64,000 bases of DNA, taken from Podarcis muralis (taxonomy: Eukaryota). The notes beneath the pieces are model-generated. The model did not search any database and had not been told where the DNA came from. It saw nothing but the letters and a program-made list of their open reading frames with translations. Positions 38,661-51,810 of the stretch are shown here, in pieces (position 1 is the stretch's first letter; every line of letters begins with the position of its first letter). Where the stretch lies: contig NC_135661.1 in NCBI RefSeq assembly GCF_964188315.1, positions 51,770,001 to 51,834,000 on the forward strand, read 5' to 3'. The translations under genes and the position numbers were made by a program.

Positions 38661-41600
38661 CTACTAAGCTTGTGACTTAGTGATCCAGAAAACTTCGCAC
38701 TTTTCCTTTGAGTAATGCTTCATCCCCCTCCTTAGATTTACTGTGCTTCCGACTTTGTGGCCTTGATGATCTGGAACAGTGGATCCTTTGCATAGCTGTT
38801 CTGGGAGGGTGGGGAAACGGTTACACTTCTAGCTTCCTAGGATGCTGTAAAAATTACTTTGTAAAAATGGACACAAAGAAGCAACCCAAGATACTTTAAC
38901 CATGAAAAAATACCAATGAGCTATGCTTGTTTTGTGCATTTAATAGAATACTTTTATATTAAGTGCTTAATTGTATGGAGAAATATAGTTTTGCTCTCAA
39001 TATGCACAGTACTGAATGTGGGAATTCTTTTTTAAAAATACACATCTTCATATGCTGCTTTTCCTTAGAGATATTAGGACTGTAATATAAATTTGTATAC
39101 CTTTTTGGGGGTCTTTTTGAAGAGCCTTTAAGCTTATATTGTTTGAAAGAGAACTTTTTTTTATAATGAAATCTTCCAGAGGCACAAAAGTACTTGTCAT
39201 CTTAAGCCAATGCCTTGGAAGTCTTGCGTATAAAAAAATAGCATTTTCTTTGGACTTTTAGGAAGCAAAGCCAAATGTAGGTCTGTTGTTCTTTATACAT
39301 TGAAAATCCTTGGTAGGCTGCAAAGAGACCATTCCATCATGGAAATATTGGGATTAAAATGACATTCCAAAATCTAACTTTTATAACTTTATACCCCTTT
39401 CTAGCACAGGCCCCCCTATAAGTGAAACAGGTTTTTCTAGTTCAGAAAAGTTTATAAAATGCTAATTTTTAAGGAGAGAACCAAGATTTTTGGATGCTAA
39501 AAAGCCATGCTCTATAAGGAAACCTTTTGGTTGGAATAGTTTTAAGTACGGGTTATCCACACTGTCTTGAAATCCCTCAGGTAGGGTTTTTCACTTAGTC
39601 CATGGTGTGTCTCCCCACCCCCACCCCCACCCCTAGACAAATCCAATTTATATCTCGTGTTACTCAGACTTGTTTCTTAAAATATTTTCTTTATAACATT
39701 TTGATACTTATGTTCATGGGGATTCCTCCTTCAAGAAATCTGATTAGTCCCAGTATGTAGTAAAGGAAATGTAACAGGTTTTGATAAATAGTGAAAAACT
39801 GTTTAGCCGCTCATGCTCTTAACAGTTGTGCTTAACACTGCTGACAGGCAGCTTTTTCTAGTAGTTAACAGACATCAGGGCACACCCACCATGAATTTCT
39901 CTCCTGCAAGCGCCATTGAAATTAGTGGGGACTGCCCTTCTGCAACTCCTGTTGTACTTCCAGCAACCCACACCATCAAGGAATCATGTTTACACTACAT
40001 TTTGAAATTTCAGACCACCTTGAATTAAAAAAAATCATGATTGGAGCTGAAACATCAGAGTGACACAACTTTGTGTTAGTATTTCATACAAGATGGGCAA
40101 TTACGAATTCATAATCCAAACATGTAAGATCCAGAATCCCCGTTAGATAGTATATTTATGTTGCTTTCTGTATGAATATTGAGTTCTTTAAAAAATTTGA
40201 AAATCCAGCTTATTCAGCTTTGACTAGCCAAATAAGAAAGAGGGACTCCAGATTGCTAAGAAAGCAATCAAGTAAATATTAATCTGGCCTGGCCTGTTGT
40301 AAAAACATTGTAAGTCTTAACTGCATCCCCAGTATATATGTGCAGAAAGAACATAAGAGCCCATCCAAATCAGGCCATCCTTTTCTGGAAATCTGTTCTA
40401 ACTCTGGCCCACCAGGTAGGAAGCCCAATGTGTTTTAATCAATTTCCCACATCTCCTGTGAAGAGAGCTTTGTCTTCTTTAAGCCTCCTTTTAGCTATCA
40501 AGAGGGCACTTACAGATATTAGCCCCAACTGGCAATGTTCTGCTGACTGATTTATCACTTGGTCTGCCAGTGGCCCACCATTCAGTGTAAAATAAAATAC
40601 AGTACATTCAGATGTTTTTGCTTATCTTCAGTGGAAACATAATGCCTGTCTTCTACAAAATTCCTAAAGTTTAGAATATATATATTTAACCTTGACAGTC
40701 AAAGCAAATGCAATTTTGGGGGTTAGAATTTACAATTCAAGAGGGAAGGAAGTGGCCTTCATATGAACAGCTATCTTGAATGCTTTAATCAGGTAGATGT
40801 CAAATTGGAGTAGCTCTTAAATTCATCCCTTTCCCCCAGTAAATTTGCTTTTAATTAACTTTTTGAGATATGTAATGTTATTAGACTACTGTTACTAGCT
40901 TGACATATATAAATATTAGAAATCAAAAGGAGCGATACTGTCATTTGGAAAAGGTAGTCTCTCTGTAGTGTTGCTTTCAAGTAAGTCTGTCTTCTGTTCA
41001 CATAAGTTAAATAGCTTTAAAAGAAGCTTAAGTACAGCTAGTTACATGTGTAGCACTTCACTCCTTTTTAAATTGCCTTAGCCTTTTCATGTCTAGTTGG
41101 TGACAATTCCTGCATTACAGTTTTCACTCCGTAAGTAGTAATGGGTCTCTAGTAACGATTGGTTGCAGGGAGATTTCAAGTTTTCAGAGCTTTCAATACA
41201 CCGTGGGGTTTTATGCTCTTTGGTGGTGTGCGGTGTAGCCTCTTCCCTCTCTAAGTCCTCCTGAGTAGTTTTGAATTTATATTTTTCCTAAAATGTGGGA
41301 ACCCAAACAATCCCGTGTTGCTATGCACTAAGTGAGCAATCCACCAAAAGCTGTACCATTACAGCCTCTCTCCATTTCAGCAGGGCTTGCACAGGGGAGC
41401 CCCTTGCAAGCAAGCTACTGAAACAAATTGAGATTTTTGCAGCTGTGGAATTGGCGGATGGTTCACAAAATCTTCTGATGCCTTTAAATACCTTGATGCC
41501 TGTAGATGTAGAACTGCTTTCCTATTTAAAACAAAAACATAGACTTTGGGTACTAAAAATGGTTGTATTTGCCTTGTAAACACTTCAGTGCAAGGGTCTT

Positions 41601-42365
41601 AATTTTATTTTAATGTTTTGCTTGTGTGATGCTATAGATTTAAAGACTTAATCTTGTGTAATGTAGTGGATATAAAAGCACATGATTTCTATTGGACTAT
41701 GCAACTTACCATTTTCAGCAGCCGCCGCCTGTGACTGGCACTTTGGCATCTACCTTGCTAGCCTCTCCCGCCTCCAAATCTGCACAATTGCTTTCTATGC
41801 TGATGTCCAATTTTTTTAAAAAAATATTATGGGAAGCATTCAAAAACAACTCTCAGCAGAAAGAGTGGAGGCTTTTGTTAATCAAGTGAGGAGGCAGTAC
41901 ATGGCCCATTTGATATGGGCTACTAAAAGCAGTTTTGGCTTTACCAAAGTTTGACCACAATCTGGCACTCATTGTAATAAACTCTTCATCAGAGAAATGG
42001 AACTGCCATCCTTTGTAAACCAAAGATTAAAGAAGAAGAAAAAAATGACAAATTTTGTTTGTATGCAAACAAAACTTTGAAAACTCTATTTTTGATACAC
42101 AGAATGAATGTCATTCCTTGAGAGGTTTGGAGACTATTCAAATTGAAGTTTTATATTTAACCATGTGGGACAATAATGATTTTAAGACTAAAGGTTACAT
42201 TCTAGATGTTTACAGAGTCTTGTATTGTAATTTCATGTACATTTTGTGTATTAAACCTTTTGTAAGTTATGATTGCAGTGCTACATGCAGAAATACAAAG
42301 GGAAAAACTTGCGTTTTAGGCTCTTGAATCATAGTGTTGAAATAAAGAAGAAAATGCACAAAAGT
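38661..42365 (+). other. Probable NFATC3 3' UTR (~3.7 kb)
   Basis: AT-rich and nearly repeat-free stretch after the stop. ATTAAA at 42250-42255 and AATAAA at 42341-42346 are followed by GT-rich sequence. The end point is inferred. Confidence 0.6.
42341..42346 (+). terminator. Candidate NFATC3 polyadenylation signal AATAAA
   Basis: Canonical hexamer at the end of a UTR-like region, with downstream gtgtgtgt tracts. Confidence 0.55.
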
Positions 42366-45300
42366 GTGTGTCTCCAATGAGGTGTGTGTACTATTTTGGG
42401 AGATTTGGAATGTTTTGCATGAGATGAGACTTTTCTCATGACCTTCTTGGTCCTTGGAGGATTTTATATTTTCTCCAGATTCCATAGAGATGCCCAAATC
42501 CATTCCACAGTCTCTTGACTGTAGTGCGCTTTCCACAGTACCTGTTCCACACAGTCCCTGTTTCACAAACTGCTGCGGTAACATTTAGATAACCCAGGAG
42601 CCAAATAGGCTTGCATGTGATTTAGAGTTCTTTCCAAGCAGTGTTCTGTCTGAATATCAGGAGGAGCACCCCCACAATGCATTTTATGAGAGGCAATAGT
42701 TCAATAGTAGAGCATGTTATTCTGGTTGTAGCATAAGGTTCCCAGTTCTGTCTCTGGCATCTTAATTGAAAAATAGTCTTTCCCTTAGTTTTCAGAGAGC
42801 CACAGTGCATCAGAGCTGCAGATTTGTTGCAAGATGGGCAGTATGTTTCTAATAACCCAAGCTACACTACCTGGTGACAGAAGGCTTGCCTGTACTGCTA
42901 AGGTGCCAGCTGTAAATACAGGATCAGTAGCTTTGAGGTTGGTAGTAGTTGCATCTGTCTATGTGAGGAAAGAGCAAGGATCCAGACCACATGACCTAGC
43001 AAGAGCCCTGACCAATTTAGGATTAGCCTCCTCGACGGCGCCTCTGCCTATATGGATGCTCCTGCAATATAAATAGAGGGGGTAGATGGAAGTGCCAATG
43101 ATTTCATATTAAGCCATGGTGGCCTAGGCTTTCTAAAGATAGCTTGGGGAGGCTTGAACCCTGCTCCACATTCTTACCATGTAATTAAGAGCTGTAATGC
43201 TGGAGCTGCAGATCGATTGACAGGAGGATAATTTGCTTGTGGGTTCAGGCTTTCCTCTCTCTGTAATCTGCTAGTGCTTGTGTGAACTGATGAGGCCAAG
43301 AGGTGCCGTAAAATGACTTACCCTCTGTGGAATGAAATTGTGACTCAAGCCCCCTCTCATACCTCTGCTGTGTCACATGGGGCAATTATTCCATAACTCA
43401 TTCTAGGCATCATCGCCTTACGATGAAGAGTTGTGACAAGCAGTTTGCCCTTCAAGAGCTAATTGGGTAGATGCACTTACTTACTTACTTGCCTGCCTAC
43501 ACTAGAAGAATTCTTTTGCTGGAACCCAGGAGCTAAGGGGTTTGTGTGCTGGTTCTGGGTCTGCAGAACTGGGTCTTTTGCTTGCATGTTTGGTTAAAGA
43601 GGTGTGAATTGTTACTTTTTTTCTCATTAAAATATAATCAATTTTCTCCCTCAAATCTACTCCACAGAATCTGGAGAGACAGATGGTATTGTGAACTTAG
43701 GCTCTGCACCTCGATCCTAAAAGGACCATATAAATTACTAAACAACACTCATCCAAGTTCACACCTTTTCTGAATAACCTATTTTATTCTCTCTCTCTTC
43801 CCATTACGAAAATGTGTTCATGTTCCAGTTTTATCATCAGCATGTTGTGAAATGTTTTTGCGTTTCCCTGCTGGTGGTGGTGTGTTTGGATCTCAGTTTG
43901 GAGGCACAGCTTCCGCTGCTTAGAATTTTACTATTTTCTCAGTTGCATCTCGCTTTTCCTCAAAGTGCAGCAGCTCCTGAAACTTAGAATCTGCATCACT
44001 TCCTTCACTCTCTTCCTCTTGGTGGCTCTTGATGGTGGTGATGACATCTAAAATCTCTTTCCTCTGCTTTTTTTATTGCACTATTATAAAAACCATAAAG
44101 GCTTGCATGCAGCTCACAATACAGATTACCTTTCAGGCTTACTGCAGTTAGCATAATGGAATAGCTGTCAGGTTTTCTTTTTGGTTTGTTTGTGCACAAC
44201 ATTGAACTGTGAATTGCTGCTGCCTTTCTCCAAATAATGTTATCCTTTTATACACCAGTGTGTGCACTTTGAGAATTTGCAGTGCTATATTATTATTATT
44301 ACACTAGGCAAGGTCTCATTTCAGTTGCCTCACAGTGCTCTTCTGCTGTTTACACACACAGGTTTTTAAAACACACACTAGCCTTAGGCTTTCTGCTCAT
44401 CCACACTGCATTTTTCAGTACTTTATAATTTTCAGCCCTGTTAAGATAGGACCATCCTAGGCTCTTCACTCATCACTGGTTGAATGCTTTTCGTTAATAG
44501 CTGTGCAGGTATACAGCTCAACTGTTAGGTATTTGCATTCAGCCAGTGTACAGTATGTGTACACAATAGCTGAGCTTGTGTGTGCATGGTTAGTCACATG
44601 TAACATTCAGTGACAGTGTGCTCAGACGTGAAGCATCAGTGTGTCGATGGGTGAGCTAAGATTTAAAAATGGGGGCCATTCCCTTGATGATGCCAGTACA
44701 CCAGAACTTAATCTGAGCTGGAGATGAAATTTTAGTAAGCAGATGGATATGATAAAACAGGATGGAGCATACCTGCACTATTCAACCGAACTGGCCTTTT
44801 GCTGCTTTGAATTCAGTCTCATCCGCCTGCGTTACTTAACAGCAAGGCTGTTCCTAAGCCCCTGCTGTTGCTGATGGCTTGAACATCCTGCAAGCAGTTG
44901 TTTTGGCGTTCCTCTGAGTTGGTGGAGCCAGTTTCACTTTTCCAGTTTTGTGCTGTGTTCCACTTGGCATCTTTTCAAGCTCAAGTGAGCTGTGCTAATA
45001 TTAATTAGCTGATGGAATCACAGTGGAAATCAGGATGCGGCATGTCAATACTGGGCTTCTCACCACCTGCTTTCCTGGACAGGGACATCCGCTGTGCACA
45101 TACCGTGCAGGGAACACCATCGTTCCCATCCAGCCCCGTCACCGCTATTAAATCAGAAAGATACTGTGACCTATTTAGCAGGCAAAGAGTGGTATACAGC
45201 ATGGCAGTAGCCGATGTGTTGCCTTCCAGTTGATGATGGACTTCCATCATCCCCAGCCAGCATGGGCAATGATTAGGGATGATGGGAGTTGTAGTTCAAT

Positions 45301-45375
45301 AACATCTGGAGGACATCTGGCTACTCCAGTATAATAAGTAATAAGAAAAACAGAGTAGGGCTGCTTGGGAGGCGG

Positions 45376-45413
<38 letters not shown>

Positions 45414-46250
45414 TGTGTGTCATCTGACCCATCTACTGCAGTTATTAAGTTTGCAGATGACACTACCATAATGGGTTTAATAACAGGTGGAGACGAATCA
45501 GCGTATAGAGGGGAGGTCCAAAAAATATCTACATGATGCCTAGGGAACAACTTGCACCTTAATATCATCAAAACAAAGGAGATGGTGTTGGACTTTCAGA
45601 GGAAGAGAGGAGAACTAGCCCCGCTGTACATTGGGGAGGGCTGTGTAGAGAGAGTCTCTTCTTTTAAATTCCTAGGAGTTTATCTCAGTGAAGACCTTAC
45701 TTGGAAAATCAGTACAACCCAGGTGGTTAAGAAAGCCCAACAGAGACTCCATCTCCTCAGAGTATTGCAAAAGAACAATGTCAATCAACATTTGATGATC
45801 TCCTTCCACCAGTCCACAATGGAAAGTGTCCTTTCATACTGCATCACGGTGTGGTACGCTGGTTTGACACCAACTGATAGGAAGTGCCTACAGAGGGTGG
45901 TGAATACAGCACAATATATTATGGGCTGTCCTGGATGACATCGCGGAAGAACGTTGCCTCAGGAGAGTGAGGAAAATTCTGAGGGATGATTCACACCCTG
46001 GCCAGCACTTTCTTGATCTCCTGCCCTCGGACAGGAGATATAGAAGCATGATTAGTTGCACCAACAGGGTAAAGAACAGCTTTTATCTGTGGGCTGTTAG
46101 GCTGCTGAATGAAAAGATAACAACAGGGCAACTGACTTGGGTTTGGTGGGTGTGCGTCAGTAAATGAGGGGAATTAATACTAAGAGGTGAGTGGAGGGTG
46201 CTTGTGTAATCTGACTGTATACAAGTTGTACAAGTGACAATAAAGTATTT
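45376..46250 (+). mobile_element. 5'-truncated Rex1/Babar-like non-LTR retrotransposon (RT C-terminus and 3' end), inactivated
   Basis: YTHNCVSSDPSTAVIKFADDTTIMGLI...KTKEMVLDF...FKFLGVYLSEDLTW...KKAQQRLHLLRVL...ESVLSYCITVWYAG. It carries an in-frame TGA near 45534 and a frameshift near 45930, and ends tgacaataaag. Confidence 0.8.
45378..45410. repeat. (AC)n microsatellite at the 5' end of the Rex1/Babar fragment
   Basis: Direct reading. Confidence 0.92.
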
Positions 46251-46382
46251 CATATGAGGGGAAGAGACCAGCTAAGTTTGGCTGAAGGCTTTTGTTGCCT
46301 TCTACTAGCCACATTTTTCTGCTCAGCCTCACTGTTACTGAGGGGCAGTTATATTGAGTGTTTAGAATGTAGAAGAAGAAGC

Positions 46383-46850
46383 TGTTGCACCAGTCAGACC
46401 AGTTTCTGTAAGATTATCTGTAAGATAATGCTCTTAGCTGGCCATTTACATGTCCAAAGAGATTGCCCTGCTGCTACAGAGACAAATGGGTGGCTCTTTT
46501 CCACCTCACATGGCTGAATGCAATGCCATCCCAGGAGGGAGAGCAATAGAACAAGGGAAGCTGTGTGTGAGAGTGTTTTGGGGGGATTCTGGAAGCTGGG
46601 GACACAGCTGGTGTGTTGGACCCCAATATGTGACTTGGGGCTTCCCTAGAAACCTAATGGAGAAGCAAAAATCTTCTGGAGTGTTAGTTCCTCTGTCCTA
46701 TGTTCCTCTGTCCTATGTTCAGGTTGTACATGTGCAAATGAAACCACATATAAAGACACCACAGTCTCTTTTGACCTTCATTCCAAGGAAACAACCCTGG
46801 AAAAGAGATATGGAGCCTCTCACTGCTCAGAGATTGAGTTGTGTGCAACA
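46383..46850 (+). mobile_element. Probable solo LTR (Gypsy-like)
   Basis: ~470 bp bounded by perfect 8-bp inverted termini TGTTGCAC...GTGCAACA, with an internal ATATAAAG and a 15-nt tandem duplication. No clear TSD. Confidence 0.5.
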
Positions 46851-49800
46851 ATAAATATACTTATAGATTAGTAGCTAGTGGCCCTCCTGATGTTGCTGAA
46901 ATTCAGCTCCCATTGCCCTCTAACCACTAGTCATGCTGACTCATTGAATGTTGCGCATGAATAACTACAAAAGTGTGCATACCAATTTTTGTGTACAACA
47001 GGTACAGAGGTTGTATACTTGCTGAATTCAACATGTGAATAATACCCTCTATGATGCTGCTTTAAATGTATAGTGCAGATGGGCGTTTATATCTGCAGCA
47101 GGGGTGATTGGTTTTTTTATGTTTCATGAGAAGAGAAAACAGAAAAGGGGGAGATTGCAGAAAGAGAAAGCGCTGCCTTACCCAACAGATTATCCTGAGT
47201 GAAAGATCCCTGCTTTGCAGGAATTCTGTGTACTGCAAAACACACCAACACACCAACGCAAACCCAAAACATCCCTCCCCCCATATTACATGATCTGGAA
47301 TCAAATGTGGGACAGTTCCCCCCCTTCCAGGGCAATGCAGAGGTATCAGGCAGGCCCTGCCTCCTTCTACCCACCTTCCTCCCAGGTGCTGGCCTCGCCT
47401 TCAGCTTCATAGAAGAGCTATTAAAAGCTGGCCAAAGCTGTTTTCGTTTGCCACAGTCTCCCTTGACACCTCTCAGACCTGCCTCTTCCCCTGCCCTCCT
47501 GCCAGCAGCATCCATTAAATTACTATTTCAAGGATGTAACAAGAGGCTTCATTTATATATTTCCAAGCATTCAGCAAGCTGCTTTCTGTATCGTACATTA
47601 GGACAAATGGTACCCATAATAATATAAAATGCTTGGGAACTTGCAAAAAGGCAAGAAATATCCCCCCACCCAAGTACATTGTGTCCATTGACCCGATAGA
47701 CTCACAGTAATTAGAGTGATGAGGCAGGGCCAGATTTTAAGGGGGATTTATTTACTGGGTGAAATTCTGCAAATCTGCTTGGAGAGCAAGCAAATTTGCA
47801 TGTGGAGTTAAATCAGATATCTTGGAAGAACTCGATTCTGTTCCTTTTGATGGTGGTCACAACTGAAACAGCCCCGCAATGTAATTATAGCTTGCTCTTT
47901 ACACTGGCTAGAATAAAGTCTGGATTCTTGCATTGCAAGAAAAACAGATCCAACAAAGCAGACTTAGTAGACACCTAATCAAGTCTGACTCATTTGAAAT
48001 CACTTAGATAGCCAGGTGTGGCTGAATAAATGCAGTAAGAACATTTGAGGGCACTCCACTCAGTTCTGTGTCTGGTGTGACCAAAGGTTCCACAGCCCAG
48101 AATCCTCTGCAACCCACTAAGGATTCCTCAGCAGAGAAGACAATGTGGAATGAGTTCCCTGGATGAAGAAAGCTTGAGAATGCTTGGCTTAAGGTGCAAC
48201 AGTTGGCTGACAGTTAAGAGTTGCAGGAGTGAGTAATGTGCTATTTTCATGTAAAGTGTTTAAGTCCAAGTTGATTGCCCCCCTACCATCCTCTTCTGCA
48301 AAACATGAAAAGAAAAACCCCCCTCTATTTTAGACAACTAGCTTTTAAAATAGGAACCAATTTCACATGGCTTTCTTAAAAAAGCATGCATAAACCCAAC
48401 CTTTTGCATATAACATGAGGTCACAGGCAAATTAATGTTTCCAAAGATAAACCTGAGAAAAGTGTGTGATAGGATGGCCATGTGTTCTCCATTGCAGAAG
48501 AGAGTCCTCTAATTTAATTTCATCTGTTCTTGAAGGACTGTCTAGTCCCAGTTCAGGTTCAAGAGGGTGGAAGCAGAGTTGAAGCTGCCCATTAACAGTG
48601 AGCTCCTTAACAGCAGACTGAGCAGGCAGAGCTCAGCTGGCCACAAAGCCTTACACGTTACAACAGCGAGCACTAGTTCAACCGGAATTAATGTACATTG
48701 CTTCTAAATTTCCATGTATGTAAACACATTTGCCTATGAACATTTTACCCATCCTTTTTGGAGGCAATGTAAGAAGTGGCCATCATGTGTGGAAACACAT
48801 ATTTCCAAATGCACTAGAAAGAAATTTAAGCTCCAATTTAATGCAACAGCATTTCTCAGAAAGTGCGTTCCTGCACCTATGACTAAAATGAGGACCAGGC
48901 AGAGTGAACGACTGAGCATATATTTTTGGAAGGTCATTACTGTGTTATCATTAGTGCAAGTAATTCTTACTATAAGGCCATAGCGTCTGCATCAGATTTT
49001 GGTCCTTGCTCTGTCAAATTCAGTGTAAAGGGGACACCTACTGGTAGGATGGGTTTGTGGCACATTTCTTAGGGCTGCCTACTGGGGAACCTGCAGCCTT
49101 GTTGATATTGCTGGACCACAACTCCCATCACCCCAGCCCACATAGGCAATGCTCAGGGATGATGGGAGTTGTAGTGCAGCAACATCTGCTGTGGTTACTG
49201 TGGAACGGTGCCATCAGGAAACCAGCTTTTTCAGTTTTCCAGAGAAGCAGCTGTGTTTGCTGAAAGAGACCGAGAGCTTCACAGCACTTGAAAGTGGCTT
49301 TCCCCAACATGGTGCCCTCCAGATGTTTTGAACTACAGATCCCATCAACCCTGGTTATTGGCCATGAGGCTGGCCCTGATGGGAGCTGGCATCTAGCAAC
49401 CGCCGGAAGGCCACAAGTTCTCCATTCCTGCCACAGACAGAACTTTCACATCACCTTACCCAGAATGCTTTTGAGCAGAGAAGATTTGCACTGAAAGGCC
49501 AATCAAAGGTTGAGGAATCCAGTGAGGTAGACACATGTATTGTAGGGGGATTCAACTAGATGACACTTTGGACCCCTTCCAACCCTACAGTTCTATGATT
49601 CTAACTGCCCAAAGACAAGTTGAGACAAGCATGCACAGACCCAGGAGAGTGAAGCTGAAAACACCTGCTAAACATTTAATTGCTTCATATCTGTATCAAA
49701 TATAAAATAGAGAGCGGAAGGCAAGTTCATAACAGAAAGGTTATTGGAAATAAGAACCGCCCAACTCACACTAACTTATTTGTGTCTTTTAAAAACGATA

Positions 49801-49929
49801 TGCAAATTGTTGTTGACTGTATGGTGAAGGAAACTTGCAGAACCTTTTCAGTGTGACATCTCTGCAGGTTTCCAATCCAGGGTTAACATCAATCTAGAGA
49901 AAGTTCAAGAAGGCCAGGGTTGTTGTTTT

Positions 49930-51242
49930 TTCCTGCAAGCATCTTTTTATTTATTATATAAAGAAGCATACACCATCATTTGACATGGGAGGGAGAGGCT
50001 GATTCTCTCCTTTAAGTACTACTCCAAGTCGTATGCTCTTAGCAAAAAGAAAGTAAGACTAGACTGCATATTCAGGTACCTAAGAGCCTCTTGCAAAAAT
50101 GGGCTCCTTCTGGTTTCTTCTGCTGTTATTGCACATTTTGAGAAAAGTCCTGGATCAAGGCACGGTAAAAACAAAATCATTTAGTGCTTCTACAGTAGAT
50201 GTTTCAGCACACGCTACGCAACATAAAACTATATTCTTTGAACACATATATACATACTCACATAAAAAAAGAGTCATGCACTAATTAGGGTGAGATTTCA
50301 ACTTCTCTGGTTGCTTCATAATATACAAATAAAGAATAATGTTGTAAACAAATGGCATGCACATAAACTAAAGCAAAATATGCTTTATACAATATCTGAG
50401 AGCTATGATGCTTAAATAAAACAAAATATAATTTACTAGTCCTCAATGTTTATGTGCCATTCTTGTCCTACTGAAATTCTTTGAAGTTCTGGATCTTTCT
50501 TCGTTTGGTTTACAGGTTGGCAGCTTGAATGTTAGGAGACAGATATGGCTTTATTTCATTTACTTACTTGTGTCATACCCAACAAAATGATACATTTCAT
50601 TTTTATTTTTTTTTAAAAGAAACTAAAAAGCTTTTTCTGCAATTTCATTTGGATACAGCTTTCCAAGTTATTCTCTAGTGGAGTAAAGGAAACAATATAA
50701 ACATTCAAACAAAGTTGTTTTTTTTTTGCCCAGCCACATTTCAGGAAAACAGGCTTCCACTAGCCAACTTTCAAGGCAAGGGCAACCCCCACCCCTCCCT
50801 GCCGCCAACAACTGCAACAGCAGCAACAACAAAACTTTTGGCAAGTTTGGATTCAAAATGAAATGAAAATTTGAAGAATTCTACAGGCTTCGGTTTCCTC
50901 TCCAAACTGATACACAGAAATAAAGTTAAATTAAAAATACATCTGTTGTGGTTACAACTGGTGAAGTGCTACAGATTTATCTCCAAATTAAGTGGGGGGT
51001 GGGGGATTTTCATGGCAACGCTGCTGAAATCAAACATCCTAGCACTATTTTTTTTTGGGAGGGGGGAGGGAGGTGTATTTCTGTCCCACTCAGATGAAGA
51101 CACTTGCGAGGATTGTTTCCCAGGCACATCAGGAGGAGAAGGCACTTTTGAGTGAGGGAAGATGGTGTTCTTAAAGAAAGGGGTGAATTTTGAGCAGGGA
51201 TTGTCCTCACTCCTGCCCACCCCACAGAAGGTCCAGCCTCAG
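49930..51242 (-). other. Probable ESRP2 3' UTR
   Basis: AT-rich, repeat-poor region after the terminal-exon stop. Minus-strand AATAAA at 50602-50607, 50550-50555 and an overlapping pair at 49946-49955. The site actually used is not determined. Confidence 0.5.
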
Positions 51243-51401
51243 TTAGATCAGGCAGAGTTCCACACAGTGTCTTCCCAAGTGGCATCCACTTCTCTCGGCC
51301 ACGGCTTTCTTTGCCGAGTCCAGGTTGGGGAAAGTGACCAGGGCTTCTCCGCTGGGCTGACCACTGAAGTTGTAAAGCAGGAGGATGGAGTCTCCATGGA
51401 G
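51243..51401 (-). CDS. ESRP2: ESRP2 terminal exon, conditionally coding: second half of a fourth RRM
   Basis: Long pyrimidine tract and ccttgcag|CTC acceptor in phase 0. Encodes LHGDSILLLYNFSGQPSGEALVTFPNLDSAKKAVAERSGCHLGRHCVELCLI*, containing the GxPSGEAxV signature of hnRNP F/H/ESRP/RBM12-type RRMs. Confidence 0.8.
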   Translation of the reverse strand, partial: LHGDSILLLYNFSGQPSGEALVTFPNLDSAKKAVAERSGCHLGRHCVELCLI

Positions 51402-51566
51402 CTGCAAGGATGGAGCAGAAGGGTCAGAGTGGGAAGGCTTGGACCCTGAGAGATTGAGGAGAGGAGGAGGAGAGAGAGAAGGACCACACCTGGAGAGCCA
51501 AGCTCCAACACAGCACCTTGCAACCCCAACCCTCACTGAAAGCAGTTGTCACCACTCTTGGGGATT

Positions 51567-51810
51567 ATAGAAGAAGAGCTTGGATTTGATATCCCGCTTT
51601 ATCACTACCCGAAGGAGTCTCAAAGCAGCTAACATTCTCCTTTCCCTTCCTCCCCCACAACAAACACTCTGAAGTCTCTCAGCCCCACTCACCTCACAAA
51701 GATGTGTGACTAGCCCAAGGTCACCCAACAGCTACATGTGGAGGAGCAGAGACGCGAACCTGGTTCACCAGATTACGAGTCTACCGCTCTTAACCACTAC
51801 ACCACACTGG
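51567..51810 (-). mobile_element. MIR-like (CORE) squamate SINE
   Basis: Minus-strand head ccagtgtggtgtagtggttaagagcggtagactcgtaatctggtgaaccaggttcgcgtctctgctcctcc and (ttc)n tail. A related plus-strand copy lies at ~60395-60570. Confidence 0.65.

Noticed and set aside
39630-39680. tag|ACAAATCCAATTTATATCT in the NFATC3 3' UTR, resembling the start of a human alternative exon (DQFIS)
   Set aside because: The AG is out of frame with QFIS, and the downstream sequence does not continue the similarity.
43890-44070. Minus-strand acidic frame ILDVITTIKSHQEEESEGSDADSKFQELLHF
   Set aside because: No start or splice context and no recognisable family. It may be a decayed transposase C-terminus, but I cannot support that.
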